A DNA stretch of 64,000 bases from a virus. Its lineage: Duplodnaviria > Caudoviricetes. The stretch is taken from positions 32,001-96,000 of IMG/VR virus record IMGVR_UViG_3300032324_000909; one strand, 5' to 3'. Numbering within the stretch: position 1 is the first letter of the stretch; the number at the start of each line of letters is the position of its first letter. Shown piece after piece: positions 49,026 to 58,452 of the stretch. The notes beneath the pieces are model-generated. The model was not told where the DNA came from, ran no database searches, and was given only the letters and a program-made list of their open reading frames with translations. Both the position numbers and the translations under genes were made by a program.

Positions 49026-50028
49026 TGATAAACTAAACGTACCAACAGAGTTCGGCTCTTTTACGGTCGTTGCCAGAAAATTAAACGAGCAATTTAAAAA
49101 AATTAATGTATTAGGTAATATAGAAGATCCCGAAACCTTTGTTATTTATCCAGAAGTTTTCGATACAGCGCAAAGATGGCAGAGACAAATTCCATTATTA
49201 GCATGTGAATATAGTTTAATGCCACAAATTGTATTACAAAAATTAAATTCATATAATCCAAAAGTACTTGCTATTAGCGATTTTGCTAAAAATAATATAA
49301 TTAACTCTGGATATACTAACGTAGAGACAGTCCTATTGGGAAGCGATCCAATTCTATGGCGACCCATGGATATAAAAAAATTTGACACATTTACATACCT
49401 AACCGTAAACAGTAGCAATGAAAGAAGTGGATTTGAAAAGCTTATTCCAGCATTTATAGAGTTTAGTAAAGATAAAAATGTAAACCTAATAATCAAGGAT
49501 GGTAACAATCCAGAATTTAAAGAATATATAAAGTCACTGAATAATCCCAAAATTATCTATATGGACACGATAATGTCACAAGAAGAACTTTGCGAATTAT
49601 ATAATAAATCACACTTGTTTATTTACGCCAATAATACCACATCATTTGGCATGAATATCTTGGACTCCGTACTGTGTGGCATTCCCGTTATAGCAACATT
49701 CGGATCAGCCGTAAAAGAGTTTTTACCAGAATGGACACAACCATATAAAATTAAAACCGAAATCAAACATTTAAACTCTCAGTCTATTAAAAACTGGACA
49801 GATATTGGAATTAGATGTTTTCCCGAAACATTTCTTAATCTTTTTGCAGGAGACATTTATGGAGAAAGGGTAATACAGGAAGATATTCTTAATGCTCTGG
49901 ATTTTTCTTTTATAAATTATGATATGTATACTATAATATCCAAACAGCATAGAGAGTTTATTTTGGCCAACTATACTTGGGAAATATGCGCTAAAAATAT
50001 TATTCAAAAGCTACAAAATCATGATTAA
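49006..50028 (+). CDS. GT4-like glycosyltransferase
   Basis: AISDF, ERSG, SFGMNILDSVLCGIPVI, YTWE. Confidence 0.75.
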   Translation: MKIFAYNDKLNVPTEFGSFTVVARKLNEQFKKINVLGNIEDPETFVIYPEVFDTAQRWQRQIPLLACEYSLMPQIVLQKLNSYNPKVLAISDFAKNNIINSGYTNVETVLLGSDPILWRPMDIKKFDTFTYLTVNSSNERSGFEKLIPAFIEFSKDKNVNLIIKDGNNPEFKEYIKSLNNPKIIYMDTIMSQEELCELYNKSHLFIYANNTTSFGMNILDSVLCGIPVIATFGSAVKEFLPEWTQPYKIKTEIKHLNSQSIKNWTDIGIRCFPETFLNLFAGDIYGERVIQEDILNALDFSFINYDMYTIISKQHREFILANYTWEICAKNIIQKLQNHD

Positions 50029-50365
50029 TTTACAAGTAGACGAGGCATACGCATTTGATTACCTAACTATTTTAGAGGTAAAAAAAGACTTGTTTCCAGA
50101 TAGTCCTAAAATAATAGGATATGAAAACTGTTATAAGTTTTTATCAGATCAACTCCATAATTTTAATGATATAGTTAATTCAAAAGAATACCGCAGTTTA
50201 TACGAATCAAATAAAATTACCTTTGACTTAGTAGATAAAGCTAGAAATAATTTAAACGTAACAGCAAAAGAAGTAGATGATGCAAACATGGATAGATTTT
50301 ATTGTAAACAAGCGCTACAGAAAGCTTTTTTTTCTACGGCTTTAGTTGAATCCAAAATAGTATAA
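50021..50365 (+). CDS. Hypothetical helical protein in glycosylation cluster
   Basis: DYLTILEVK...N..RF..KQ...E.K pattern. Confidence 0.6.
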   Translation: MINLQVDEAYAFDYLTILEVKKDLFPDSPKIIGYENCYKFLSDQLHNFNDIVNSKEYRSLYESNKITFDLVDKARNNLNVTAKEVDDANMDRFYCKQALQKAFFSTALVESKIV

Positions 50366-50367
50366 AT

Positions 50368-51024
50368 ATGAATATTGAAGAACACTGTTATAACAATTTC
50401 GTTAAAAATGGAGACATTGCCTATGATATTGGGGCACATATTGGTTCAGTGTCTAATCGACTTATTAGTATTGGGGCGAGCAAGGTATTAGCGTTTGAGC
50501 CATGCGAAGCAAATTTTATTGATCTAAAAAACAATACAAAAGGAAACAATGTTGAATGCTATAACATAGCTTTTCACGATAGAGAATATACATGTAAAAC
50601 AAAATTTAGAGACTGCAGACAGGGTGTCCCATTAGACATGGAGCAAGAAATTAAGTATGTTAAATTTGATAATTTTATTCTATCCAATAATTTAGATTTA
50701 CCACAATTTGTTAAAATAGACATAGAAGGTATGGAAAGTCTTATATATAAGAATATGGAGTTTTTGTTTACAAGTAGTCGTCCAGTAATTTTTACAGAGT
50801 TTCATGTACCAGAAATAGGAAATACAGCACAAGATTACGAAGATAATCCCCACTGGAGGAGGCCAGAGCAAGGAGGGTATAACTTTAATAATCTTCGAGA
50901 CAACAATTATTCCTTTATAGACAAAACACTAAAATTAACAACGGATGGAGAATATAATCCCACAGCAGGACACTTTGGAAGAATTTTCATTCCAAACGAA
51001 AAGATATCTATCTATATAAATTAA
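50368..51024 (+). CDS. FkbM-family SAM methyltransferase
   Basis: YDIGAHIG, VLAFEP, VKIDIEGME. Confidence 0.85.
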   Translation: MNIEEHCYNNFVKNGDIAYDIGAHIGSVSNRLISIGASKVLAFEPCEANFIDLKNNTKGNNVECYNIAFHDREYTCKTKFRDCRQGVPLDMEQEIKYVKFDNFILSNNLDLPQFVKIDIEGMESLIYKNMEFLFTSSRPVIFTEFHVPEIGNTAQDYEDNPHWRRPEQGGYNFNNLRDNNYSFIDKTLKLTTDGEYNPTAGHFGRIFIPNEKISIYIN

Positions 51025-51028
51025 AAAC

Positions 51029-52195
51029 ATGAAATGGCTTCTGAACATTAATAACTTTTCTTTTTTAGAAAAACTCAAGATTTGTCTTTTTCTTTTAAAT
51101 CCTGAAAATCGATGGACGCAAGACAAGCAAGTTAAATCTTTTGAGAAAAAGTTTGCCGAGTTTGTGGGATGTAAATATGCCGTGTACGTTTCAAGCGGTT
51201 CCACTGCAAACATTCTAATTGCACAATATCATAAGAGCATACAAAAGAATAAAAATAAGAATATAGTAGTATTACCATCTACTACATGGCAAACATCTTG
51301 CGCACCTTGGATACAAGCTGGATTTGATCCACACTTTATAGATATTTCCTTAGAGGACTTTAGCATAGATAAAGAGAAACTAACAAATTTTGTAAAAAAC
51401 AATAAAAGTAAAATTGCCTGCATTTTCCCAACTTCCCTAATCGGCTACGTTCCAGACATGGAATACTACAAAGAATTACAAAATAAATATAAAGTTTCGA
51501 TAGCATTTGATAATTGCGAAAACACTCTTGGCAAATTCAACGGCAAAAATGTATCTTCATTCTTTACTTCATCTACTTCTACATATTTCGGTCACCAATT
51601 GCAATCTATTGAAGGTGGGTTCATATTTACAAACTCTGAAGATGAGTACAATTATTTCTTAATGGCCAGAAACCACGGCATGACAAGAAGTCTTACCGTA
51701 TATGGTATTGATAATTCCAAATTTGTTAACAATAAAGTAGATTCACTTTTCGATTTTAACATGCTGGGGTATAATTTTAGAAATACGGATCTAAATGCAT
51801 TTATTGGTCAAATAGATCTTGCTAAAGCATCGTTTTATACAGAAAAAAGAAAATCACTTTACTCCCTATATAAACTGAACAACGAAAAATTCTTTCTTCC
51901 AGAAATTTCAGAAGACAAAGAAAACGTCCCCTTTTGTTTGCCAGTAATAGTAAAAAATTCAAATAAAGAATTATTTAAAAAAGCACTAGAATTATGTAAA
52001 GAACAGGGCATAGAGTATAGGCCAATTATTTCTGGATACCTAGGCTACCAAACATGCTATAAAAAATATTTCAAATCTTCAAAACAGTATCCAAACTCTG
52101 TTGATATACACAACTATGGATTTTATATTGGACTACATTCTGGCGTAAAAGAAAAACAGATAATTAATCTTGTAAAAGAATTAAATAATTTGTAA
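51029..52195 (+). CDS. DegT/DnrJ-family PLP enzyme, ColD-like 3-dehydratase
   Basis: VSSGSTAN, DNCE, STYFGHQLQSIEGG (His at the usual Lys position), RNHG, GYNFR. Confidence 0.75.
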   Translation: MKWLLNINNFSFLEKLKICLFLLNPENRWTQDKQVKSFEKKFAEFVGCKYAVYVSSGSTANILIAQYHKSIQKNKNKNIVVLPSTTWQTSCAPWIQAGFDPHFIDISLEDFSIDKEKLTNFVKNNKSKIACIFPTSLIGYVPDMEYYKELQNKYKVSIAFDNCENTLGKFNGKNVSSFFTSSTSTYFGHQLQSIEGGFIFTNSEDEYNYFLMARNHGMTRSLTVYGIDNSKFVNNKVDSLFDFNMLGYNFRNTDLNAFIGQIDLAKASFYTEKRKSLYSLYKLNNEKFFLPEISEDKENVPFCLPVIVKNSNKELFKKALELCKEQGIEYRPIISGYLGYQTCYKKYFKSSKQYPNSVDIHNYGFYIGLHSGVKEKQIINLVKELNNL

Positions 52196-52206
52196 ACTTA
52201 TTTTAA

Positions 52207-52623
52207 GTGAAATTTAAGAACTTATATGGTAAATATGTAAATAAAAACATAACCCCATATTTAGCAGAATGGAATAAGCCCTGTAGAAGTAAGGCCCAAA
52301 CCAATGTTAAAAAATTCTTTGAACTGTATTGGAACACTCACATAGTGTGCGAGGAATTTCCAGTTTTAGGCAGTAGAATGAAATGTGACCTCTTAAACCT
52401 AACCAAGAAAATTGCCGTAGAAACCCACGGACAACAGCACGATAAATTCGTACCCTTCTTCCATAAGAACCGTACGGCATTTAAAAAATCATTTAAAAGA
52501 GATCTGCAAAAGTACAACTGGCTTGAAGAAAATGGATTTAAGGTTATAGAGATATTTGACCACGAAATCAAAGACCTCACAGTAGAATGGTTTAAGGAAA
52601 AGTTTGATATAGAAATAATTTAA
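52207..52623 (+). CDS. Vsr/DUF559-like endonuclease
   Basis: EEFPV...CDLL...AVETHGQQH...RDLQK..W. Confidence 0.7.
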   Translation: MKFKNLYGKYVNKNITPYLAEWNKPCRSKAQTNVKKFFELYWNTHIVCEEFPVLGSRMKCDLLNLTKKIAVETHGQQHDKFVPFFHKNRTAFKKSFKRDLQKYNWLEENGFKVIEIFDHEIKDLTVEWFKEKFDIEII

Positions 52624-52652
52624 TTTACTTCTCGATAAAGATATCATATCTT
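52624..52652 (+). promoter_or_regulatory. Sigma70-type promoter, near-leaderless
   Basis: TTTACT-N17-TATCTT-N5-ATG. Confidence 0.45.
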
Positions 52653-52657
52653 TAGAT

Positions 52658-53266
52658 ATGAGTATTTTTTATATAGGCATTGGAGGGGTCGCTAGATCCG
52701 GAAAAGATAGTTTCGCCAATAATCTTTTAGAAATTTTAAAACAAAATAATTTTAAAGTAATTAAAAGCTCTTTGGCCGAACCGTTAAAGCATGATTGTAA
52801 GGAGTTTATATCATCCAAACTTAATCTTGACGTTTGGACTGACAAGACAGAAGAAAAGGCTATTTTTAGAGAAATGCTAGTTTGGTATGGTAAAGTAAAA
52901 AGACAGCAATCAGAAGGAAAGTATTGGACTAACCTTCTCACTAAAAAGGTAGAAATAGAGTCTCCAGAAATTTGCATAGTTCCAGATGTTAGATACCTAC
53001 AATATCCAGAAGACGAAGTTTTTTGGCTTAAAGAAAAAATGAAAGGTATTCTAATCCATATAGAAAGAAAGGACATTAATGGCGATATTGTTCCACCAGC
53101 AAATATGGACGAATCAATTAATGATAAATTAATTAAAGATAGCGCAGATTACTCTGTAGTTTGGCCAACATATGCTCCGGAAGATCTTTCTGATCTTGCA
53201 AATGATGTAAAAAAGGTTTACCATGAATTTATAGAACAAAAAATATATGCAGCAAAAAATTCGTAG
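52658..53266 (+). CDS. Deoxynucleoside monophosphate kinase
   Basis: IGIGGVARSGKDS, LAEPLK, VPDVRY. Confidence 0.8.
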   Translation: MSIFYIGIGGVARSGKDSFANNLLEILKQNNFKVIKSSLAEPLKHDCKEFISSKLNLDVWTDKTEEKAIFREMLVWYGKVKRQQSEGKYWTNLLTKKVEIESPEICIVPDVRYLQYPEDEVFWLKEKMKGILIHIERKDINGDIVPPANMDESINDKLIKDSADYSVVWPTYAPEDLSDLANDVKKVYHEFIEQKIYAAKNS

Positions 53267-54734
53267 CGTTAACGTAGAAAAACATGTACTTGCGGGATTC
53301 ATAAAACATCCAAAAGTATATCATGACGTTTCTCATTTTATCAATGAGCAAGACTTTACGAATGGGCACAAGACTATTTTTAATGTCATAAAAAACCAAA
53401 TAATGCATAACCATCCTTTGGATGCAGTTATTCTTTCGGAGAAGATAAAGAATTTAGGGATTACATTTAATAAACAGGATTTTAATGTTTTTGATTACAT
53501 CGAGGGCTTAACTTTCATCAAGATAAGCGAAAAATCTCTTCTTGAGGCCTGTAAAGAACTGAAAACAGTTACTATTCGCAGGGAACTATTTGACACCTGT
53601 TCCCAAATTCAAGACTCAATGTTGAACTCTGGAGATCAAAATCCAGATCAAATTATTAGTCTTGCCGATAAGATGTATAATGACAAGATTAGCGCGTATG
53701 ATTTAGATGTAAAACCAGAGGATTTGTTTGCCAATATAGAACAATTAATTGAAGAGAGGGCCAATGCGCCAGTTGCGGAACTTGGTTATATGACACCATA
53801 TAAACATTTTAATCAAATGTATGGTGGACTGAGGCCCGGTGAATTATATGCTTGGGTATCTAGGCCAAAGCATGGTAAAAGTACTATTCTTAATGATATA
53901 GCAACTAAATCTACTATTATCAATCCTAATATGCGAGCACTTATCCTTGATACGGAAATGCAAACTAACGTAATGAAATTTCGTATCGCTAGTAGCATAA
54001 CAGGTATTCCGATGTGGTATTTGGAAACTGGTAACTTTAAAAATAATAAAGAATTATTGGCCAGATGGAATAGCAAGAAAACAGAACTCTCGCTAATTCA
54101 AGGCAGGGTTAATCATATGCAGGTAGCTGGAAAACCAGTTCAAGAAATTGAATCTATTATTCAGAGATGGTATTTAAGTGAAGTTGGTCGTGGTAATCCA
54201 GCTATGGTTGTTTACGATTACATCAAGCTTACTGGCGAAACTGGCGATAAAAATAAACAGGAATATCAGTTAATTGGCGACAAGGTTGACTCGCTGAAGA
54301 ATCTTTCTGTTAGATTGAATATACCACTATTAACAGCATGTCAGCTAAATAGAAGTGCGGAAAATGGCGCTGATGATAGTTCAGCAATCTCGCAGAGTGA
54401 TCGTCTACAGTGGTTTGCAGCATACGTCGGTATCTTTAGAAGAAAGACTCTAGAGGAACAGGCTGAAGATGGAATTCAATATGGAACACATAAGATGATC
54501 GAACTTGCAGCCAGATATCAAGGTAAAAATGCTCATGGGCATAATGATTTAATTAAAGTTAAAGATGGCAATCAATTCAAATATAAAAAGAACTTTATTT
54601 CGTTTAATGTAAATAATTTCGATGTTCAGGAAAAGGGAACGTTGCAGGATATTGTTGACTCAAAATCTGGCGTAAAGGTTGATATATTTGATAGAGATTA
54701 CAAGGAAGAACAAGATGGCGAAGAGTTGCTATGA
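53247..54734 (+). CDS. dnaB: DnaB-like replicative helicase
   Basis: RPKHGKS Walker A, LDTEM, VYDYIK, CQLNR. Confidence 0.9.
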   Translation: MQQKIRSVNVEKHVLAGFIKHPKVYHDVSHFINEQDFTNGHKTIFNVIKNQIMHNHPLDAVILSEKIKNLGITFNKQDFNVFDYIEGLTFIKISEKSLLEACKELKTVTIRRELFDTCSQIQDSMLNSGDQNPDQIISLADKMYNDKISAYDLDVKPEDLFANIEQLIEERANAPVAELGYMTPYKHFNQMYGGLRPGELYAWVSRPKHGKSTILNDIATKSTIINPNMRALILDTEMQTNVMKFRIASSITGIPMWYLETGNFKNNKELLARWNSKKTELSLIQGRVNHMQVAGKPVQEIESIIQRWYLSEVGRGNPAMVVYDYIKLTGETGDKNKQEYQLIGDKVDSLKNLSVRLNIPLLTACQLNRSAENGADDSSAISQSDRLQWFAAYVGIFRRKTLEEQAEDGIQYGTHKMIELAARYQGKNAHGHNDLIKVKDGNQFKYKKNFISFNVNNFDVQEKGTLQDIVDSKSGVKVDIFDRDYKEEQDGEELL

Positions 54735-55633
54735 ACCTAATAGATATATTGCGCAGTGCTGGTTGTCAGCCTAGAAACCATGGTACATATTTAACATGTA
54801 CTGCGAAATATCGTGGTGGCGATGACCCAACTTCTGTTGCCGTTTATTTACAAACAAATACTGTTCATGATTTCGTTACTAGCAAAACAATGTCACTTGA
54901 GGATTTTTTGAAGAAGACGTTAAATTTAAAATCTTACGAACAAGTAGAAAAAATAATAAATGGAACAAAAGAGTATTACTCATCCTGTTTCGCATCAATA
55001 GATGATCAAGACCCATTCAATAAAACGGTAAAATACTATTCTAACGATGATATTTTATCCCTCAAGGATGATCATTCTTACTGGAATGGTAGAGGAATAA
55101 AAAATGATACCTTAAAAGTATTCCAGAGTGGAGTATGTGGTAGTGGTAAAATGCAAAATAGGTATGTTTTTCCAATTTTTAATTCTAGAAAAAAAATAGA
55201 AGGATTCTCGGGAAGAGATGTATCTGGAAGTTCAAAAATCAAGTGGAAACATATTGGCAAAAAGAACGACTGGGCATATCCATTAGTTTTTAGTTATAAA
55301 TATATAAACGATAAAAATGAAATTATATTAGTTGAAAGCATAGGAGACATGTTGTCATTGTGGCAATCTGGAATCAAAAATATAGGGATAACATTTGGAA
55401 CTGATATAGGCAATGGTTTAATAAAAGCAATATTGCGCTTAGACCCAAAAAGTATTATTATTGCAACTAATAATGATGCAAACCAAGCCGGACAGAAAGC
55501 AGCGAAAGGAATCAAGGAAAAACTTACTGAATTTTTTGACGAAAATCAAATCAAAATCGCGCACCCTATCAAGAATGATTTCGGTGAACAGAATGATCAG
55601 GAAAACATTAGCTGGTACAACAATTTAAAATAA
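54731..55633 (+). CDS. dnaG: DNA primase (TOPRIM)
   Basis: RYVFPI, GFSGR, ILVESIGD, NNDANQAG, NDFG; zinc-binding domain degenerate. Confidence 0.85.
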   Translation: MNLIDILRSAGCQPRNHGTYLTCTAKYRGGDDPTSVAVYLQTNTVHDFVTSKTMSLEDFLKKTLNLKSYEQVEKIINGTKEYYSSCFASIDDQDPFNKTVKYYSNDDILSLKDDHSYWNGRGIKNDTLKVFQSGVCGSGKMQNRYVFPIFNSRKKIEGFSGRDVSGSSKIKWKHIGKKNDWAYPLVFSYKYINDKNEIILVESIGDMLSLWQSGIKNIGITFGTDIGNGLIKAILRLDPKSIIIATNNDANQAGQKAAKGIKEKLTEFFDENQIKIAHPIKNDFGEQNDQENISWYNNLK

Positions 55634-55634
55634 T

Positions 55635-56120
55635 ATGAACTGGACAGAATACTACATACGCCATCAATATTTGGCATCTCAGAAAAGCAAAGACCCTAGC
55701 ACTAAAATTGGTGCCGTACTAGTTCGTGATAATAATATCATATCAATTGGATATAACGGCTTCCCAAGAGGAGTAAAAGATACCGAGGAGAGACTAAATA
55801 ACAGAGAAGATAAATATTTTTATATTACCCACGCAGAACATAACTCTATTCTTTCGGCGGCTAGAAATGGAATTGCCACCAAGGGTTCTGCGCTTTATAC
55901 TTCTGGAATGCCATGTAATGAATGTGCCAAAGCAATCATTCAGGCCGGAATAAACACTGTGGTACTGCACGAGCAATATCCAACACTGTCACATGGAAAG
56001 TGGTCAAAATCAGTATCAAAAGCCGAAGAAATGTTTGCCGAGGCGGGAGTTACAATATTATTGTTAAATAAAGAACTAGGAATTAAGTGCCTAATCAACG
56101 GAGAAGAAGTTGCCGTATGA
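55635..56120 (+). CDS. dCMP deaminase
   Basis: SKDPSTKIGA, GYNGFP, HAEHN, PCNEC. Confidence 0.92.
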   Translation: MNWTEYYIRHQYLASQKSKDPSTKIGAVLVRDNNIISIGYNGFPRGVKDTEERLNNREDKYFYITHAEHNSILSAARNGIATKGSALYTSGMPCNECAKAIIQAGINTVVLHEQYPTLSHGKWSKSVSKAEEMFAEAGVTILLLNKELGIKCLINGEEVAV

Positions 56121-57118
56121 GCGAAGAACTAGTTAGGCTTTCTGCAAGTAGAATTAAAACCCTTCAGTCATGTACTTGGAGTTATTATTCGAATTATGTA
56201 TTAAAATTGCCACAAACAAATAACTCTGGTGCAATGAGGGGTACTATTGCGCACTTAATATTTGAAATCCTCTCAAACCCAAGGCATCACAAGTATGTAA
56301 AAAAAATAATAAAAAAAGAAACATGCAAGGCCGTTCCCTCTGTTTGGAATCTTATATTCAAGACCGCAAGAAAAATTGGACTAGATTTAGATGAAATGGT
56401 AAAGCCCCTTAAGAAGGAGCCAGAAGTTACGAATCTAAAATGTATAGATCAAATGATTTTAGTTGGTTTAAAGTTTGATTTTATCAATATAGATGGATTT
56501 ATAGGTAGTGAGTGGGCTTTTGATATTACAAACGAAAGTCCAAAATATAGAATTGTAGGATTTGTTGATAGACTTTTAAAAGACAAGGATGGAAAATTAA
56601 TAGTAAGAGATTATAAAAGCAGTAAAAAAACATTTGATACCGCAGAACTTGAAAGTAATCTGCAATCAATGATGTATTCCCTAGCCCTTAAGAAAAAATA
56701 TCCAAATCAATATAAGGAAATTATTGCGAAATTTCTTTTCTTGAGATACCCAAATGATCCAGAAAAATCTTCTCCAGCTTTTTCAGATAACGAACTTGAT
56801 GGGTTTGAGCATTATCTAGAATATACTTCTAATTTATTACAATCATTTAACGAACAATCTGCAAAATCCAATTTTGCAAAAAACGAGTTCAGTAAAAAGT
56901 GGATGTGTAAAACAAAATCTGGATGGAAGTGTCCATATCTTGAAGCAATGAATTATAAAGTTTTACTTGATAAAGATAAAAAAATAATTAAATCAGTATT
57001 TGCCTCGGAAGATATTAACGCAGAAGACATTAAGGAAGGTTTTACTGTCGAGGAAAGGAGATACGAAGGGTGTCCGGCTTGGGAAGTGAAAAAACAAAAA
57101 GATGCATTTGACTTCTAA
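56117..57118 (+). CDS. PD-(D/E)xK exonuclease, Cas4/AddB-like (start ATG 56117)
   Basis: LSASRI..LQSC, GTIAH, GFVDRL...DYKS, Q..MY, three C-terminal Cys (possible Fe-S). Confidence 0.8.
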   Translation: MSEELVRLSASRIKTLQSCTWSYYSNYVLKLPQTNNSGAMRGTIAHLIFEILSNPRHHKYVKKIIKKETCKAVPSVWNLIFKTARKIGLDLDEMVKPLKKEPEVTNLKCIDQMILVGLKFDFINIDGFIGSEWAFDITNESPKYRIVGFVDRLLKDKDGKLIVRDYKSSKKTFDTAELESNLQSMMYSLALKKKYPNQYKEIIAKFLFLRYPNDPEKSSPAFSDNELDGFEHYLEYTSNLLQSFNEQSAKSNFAKNEFSKKWMCKTKSGWKCPYLEAMNYKVLLDKDKKIIKSVFASEDINAEDIKEGFTVEERRYEGCPAWEVKKQKDAFDF

Positions 57119-57136
57119 TAAAAATATTGATAATAT
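57108..57136 (+). promoter_or_regulatory. Sigma70-type promoter, leaderless arrangement
   Basis: TTGACT-N17-TAATAT-N6-ATG. Confidence 0.65.
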
Positions 57137-57142
57137 AGAAAT

Positions 57143-57706
57143 ATGGAATATATCTGCGTAAACCAAATTAACGAGCACGGCCTTAGAAAGTTTCGTCAAG
57201 AGTTCTGGAACCTAGACAGGAATACCGATCAACCTATAATACCAATAGTTATTGATTGTTATGGTGGTGAAGTTTATTCTGTTCTTGGAATGGTTAGTAT
57301 CATAAAGAGCACTGAAAAGCAAGTATGCACAATAGTAGACTCAAAAGCAATGAGCGCCGCCGCAATCCTGCTGAGCTGTGGAACAAAGGGGCTTAGATTC
57401 GCAAGTGAATATGCGCACATCATGGTTCACGAAGTTCTCACTGGCACTGGCCAAACAAAAGTTAGCGATGTGAATATTGATACAAACCATGCTCTCGCAC
57501 TTAATAAACAGTTATTTTCCATTCTAGATAAAAATTGCGGAAAGGCTAGTGGCTTCTTTTACAGGGCTGTAGAAAGTAATAAAAATAGTAATTTATATCT
57601 AAACGCGAAACAGGCTAAAAAGTATGGTATCGTTGATCATATTGATAGTCCTAGATTAAATATTTCCAGAGAATACTCCATATCTACACTAATTAATCAA
57701 GGTTAA
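57143..57706 (+). CDS. ClpP-like protease
   Basis: IDCYGGEV, AMSAAA, IMVHE, YLNAKQAKKYGIVD. Confidence 0.8.
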   Translation: MEYICVNQINEHGLRKFRQEFWNLDRNTDQPIIPIVIDCYGGEVYSVLGMVSIIKSTEKQVCTIVDSKAMSAAAILLSCGTKGLRFASEYAHIMVHEVLTGTGQTKVSDVNIDTNHALALNKQLFSILDKNCGKASGFFYRAVESNKNSNLYLNAKQAKKYGIVDHIDSPRLNISREYSISTLINQG

Positions 57707-58452
57707 TGATACCAATATTTAGATCAAATTATTCTCTAACGTCCATACTAACCCTTGATAAGGGTACGGATATTAGCGATAGGAAATTGAATCGAGCAGA
57801 TTCAGTATTTGATATCTGTAAAGATAACGATATTAAAGATGTTTTTATTGCAGACAATAATTTAAGCGGCATGGTTGAAGCGTATGAAAACGCATCTAAT
57901 GCTGGTCTAAATCTACGTTATGGCCTTAGAGTAAGCGTATGTAATAATATAGAAGATAAAACAGATGCCTCTACTCAAACAGAAGGCAAGTTGATTATTT
58001 TCGCTAAAAGCAATAGCTTTACCGATCTAGTTAAACTTCATAATATCTCAACTACTATTGGTAATTTTAATGGTAAGCCACGGTTAGATTATAATATCTT
58101 AAAAAAGAATTGGACTAAAAATTTATTAATGCTAATTCCATTTTACGATTCATTTATATTCAATAATTTATTACATGGTCACTATTGTATTCCGGACATA
58201 GATTTTACAAGCCCATATATTTCAATAGAAAATAACAATTTACCATTTGACAGCATTGTAAAAAAACAGATACAATCAAGTATAAAGTATGACCAGATAG
58301 AAAGTAAGACTATCTATTATAATAATAAATCAGATTTTAATGCTTATATGACTTATAGATGTATTTTAAATAGATCAAACTTTCAGAAGCCGGAACTATC
58401 CCACTTTGGAAGCAATGAATTCTGTATGGAGGCAATGAACAATGCAAGATAA
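57706..58452 (+). CDS. DNA polymerase III alpha PHP domain (stand-alone)
   Basis: FRSNYS, IADNNLSGMVE, RYGLRV, LIIFAKS, KPRLD. Confidence 0.75.
   Translation: MIPIFRSNYSLTSILTLDKGTDISDRKLNRADSVFDICKDNDIKDVFIADNNLSGMVEAYENASNAGLNLRYGLRVSVCNNIEDKTDASTQTEGKLIIFAKSNSFTDLVKLHNISTTIGNFNGKPRLDYNILKKNWTKNLLMLIPFYDSFIFNNLLHGHYCIPDIDFTSPYISIENNNLPFDSIVKKQIQSSIKYDQIESKTIYYNNKSDFNAYMTYRCILNRSNFQKPELSHFGSNEFCMEAMNNAR

Noticed and set aside
33872-52195. Glycosyltransferases as a T4-like DNA hypermodification system
   Set aside because: No hydroxymethylase or other base-modifying enzyme in the window, GT9/GT17 are not known DNA modifiers, and CCWGG avoidance suggests exposed DNA; not excluded for genes outside the window
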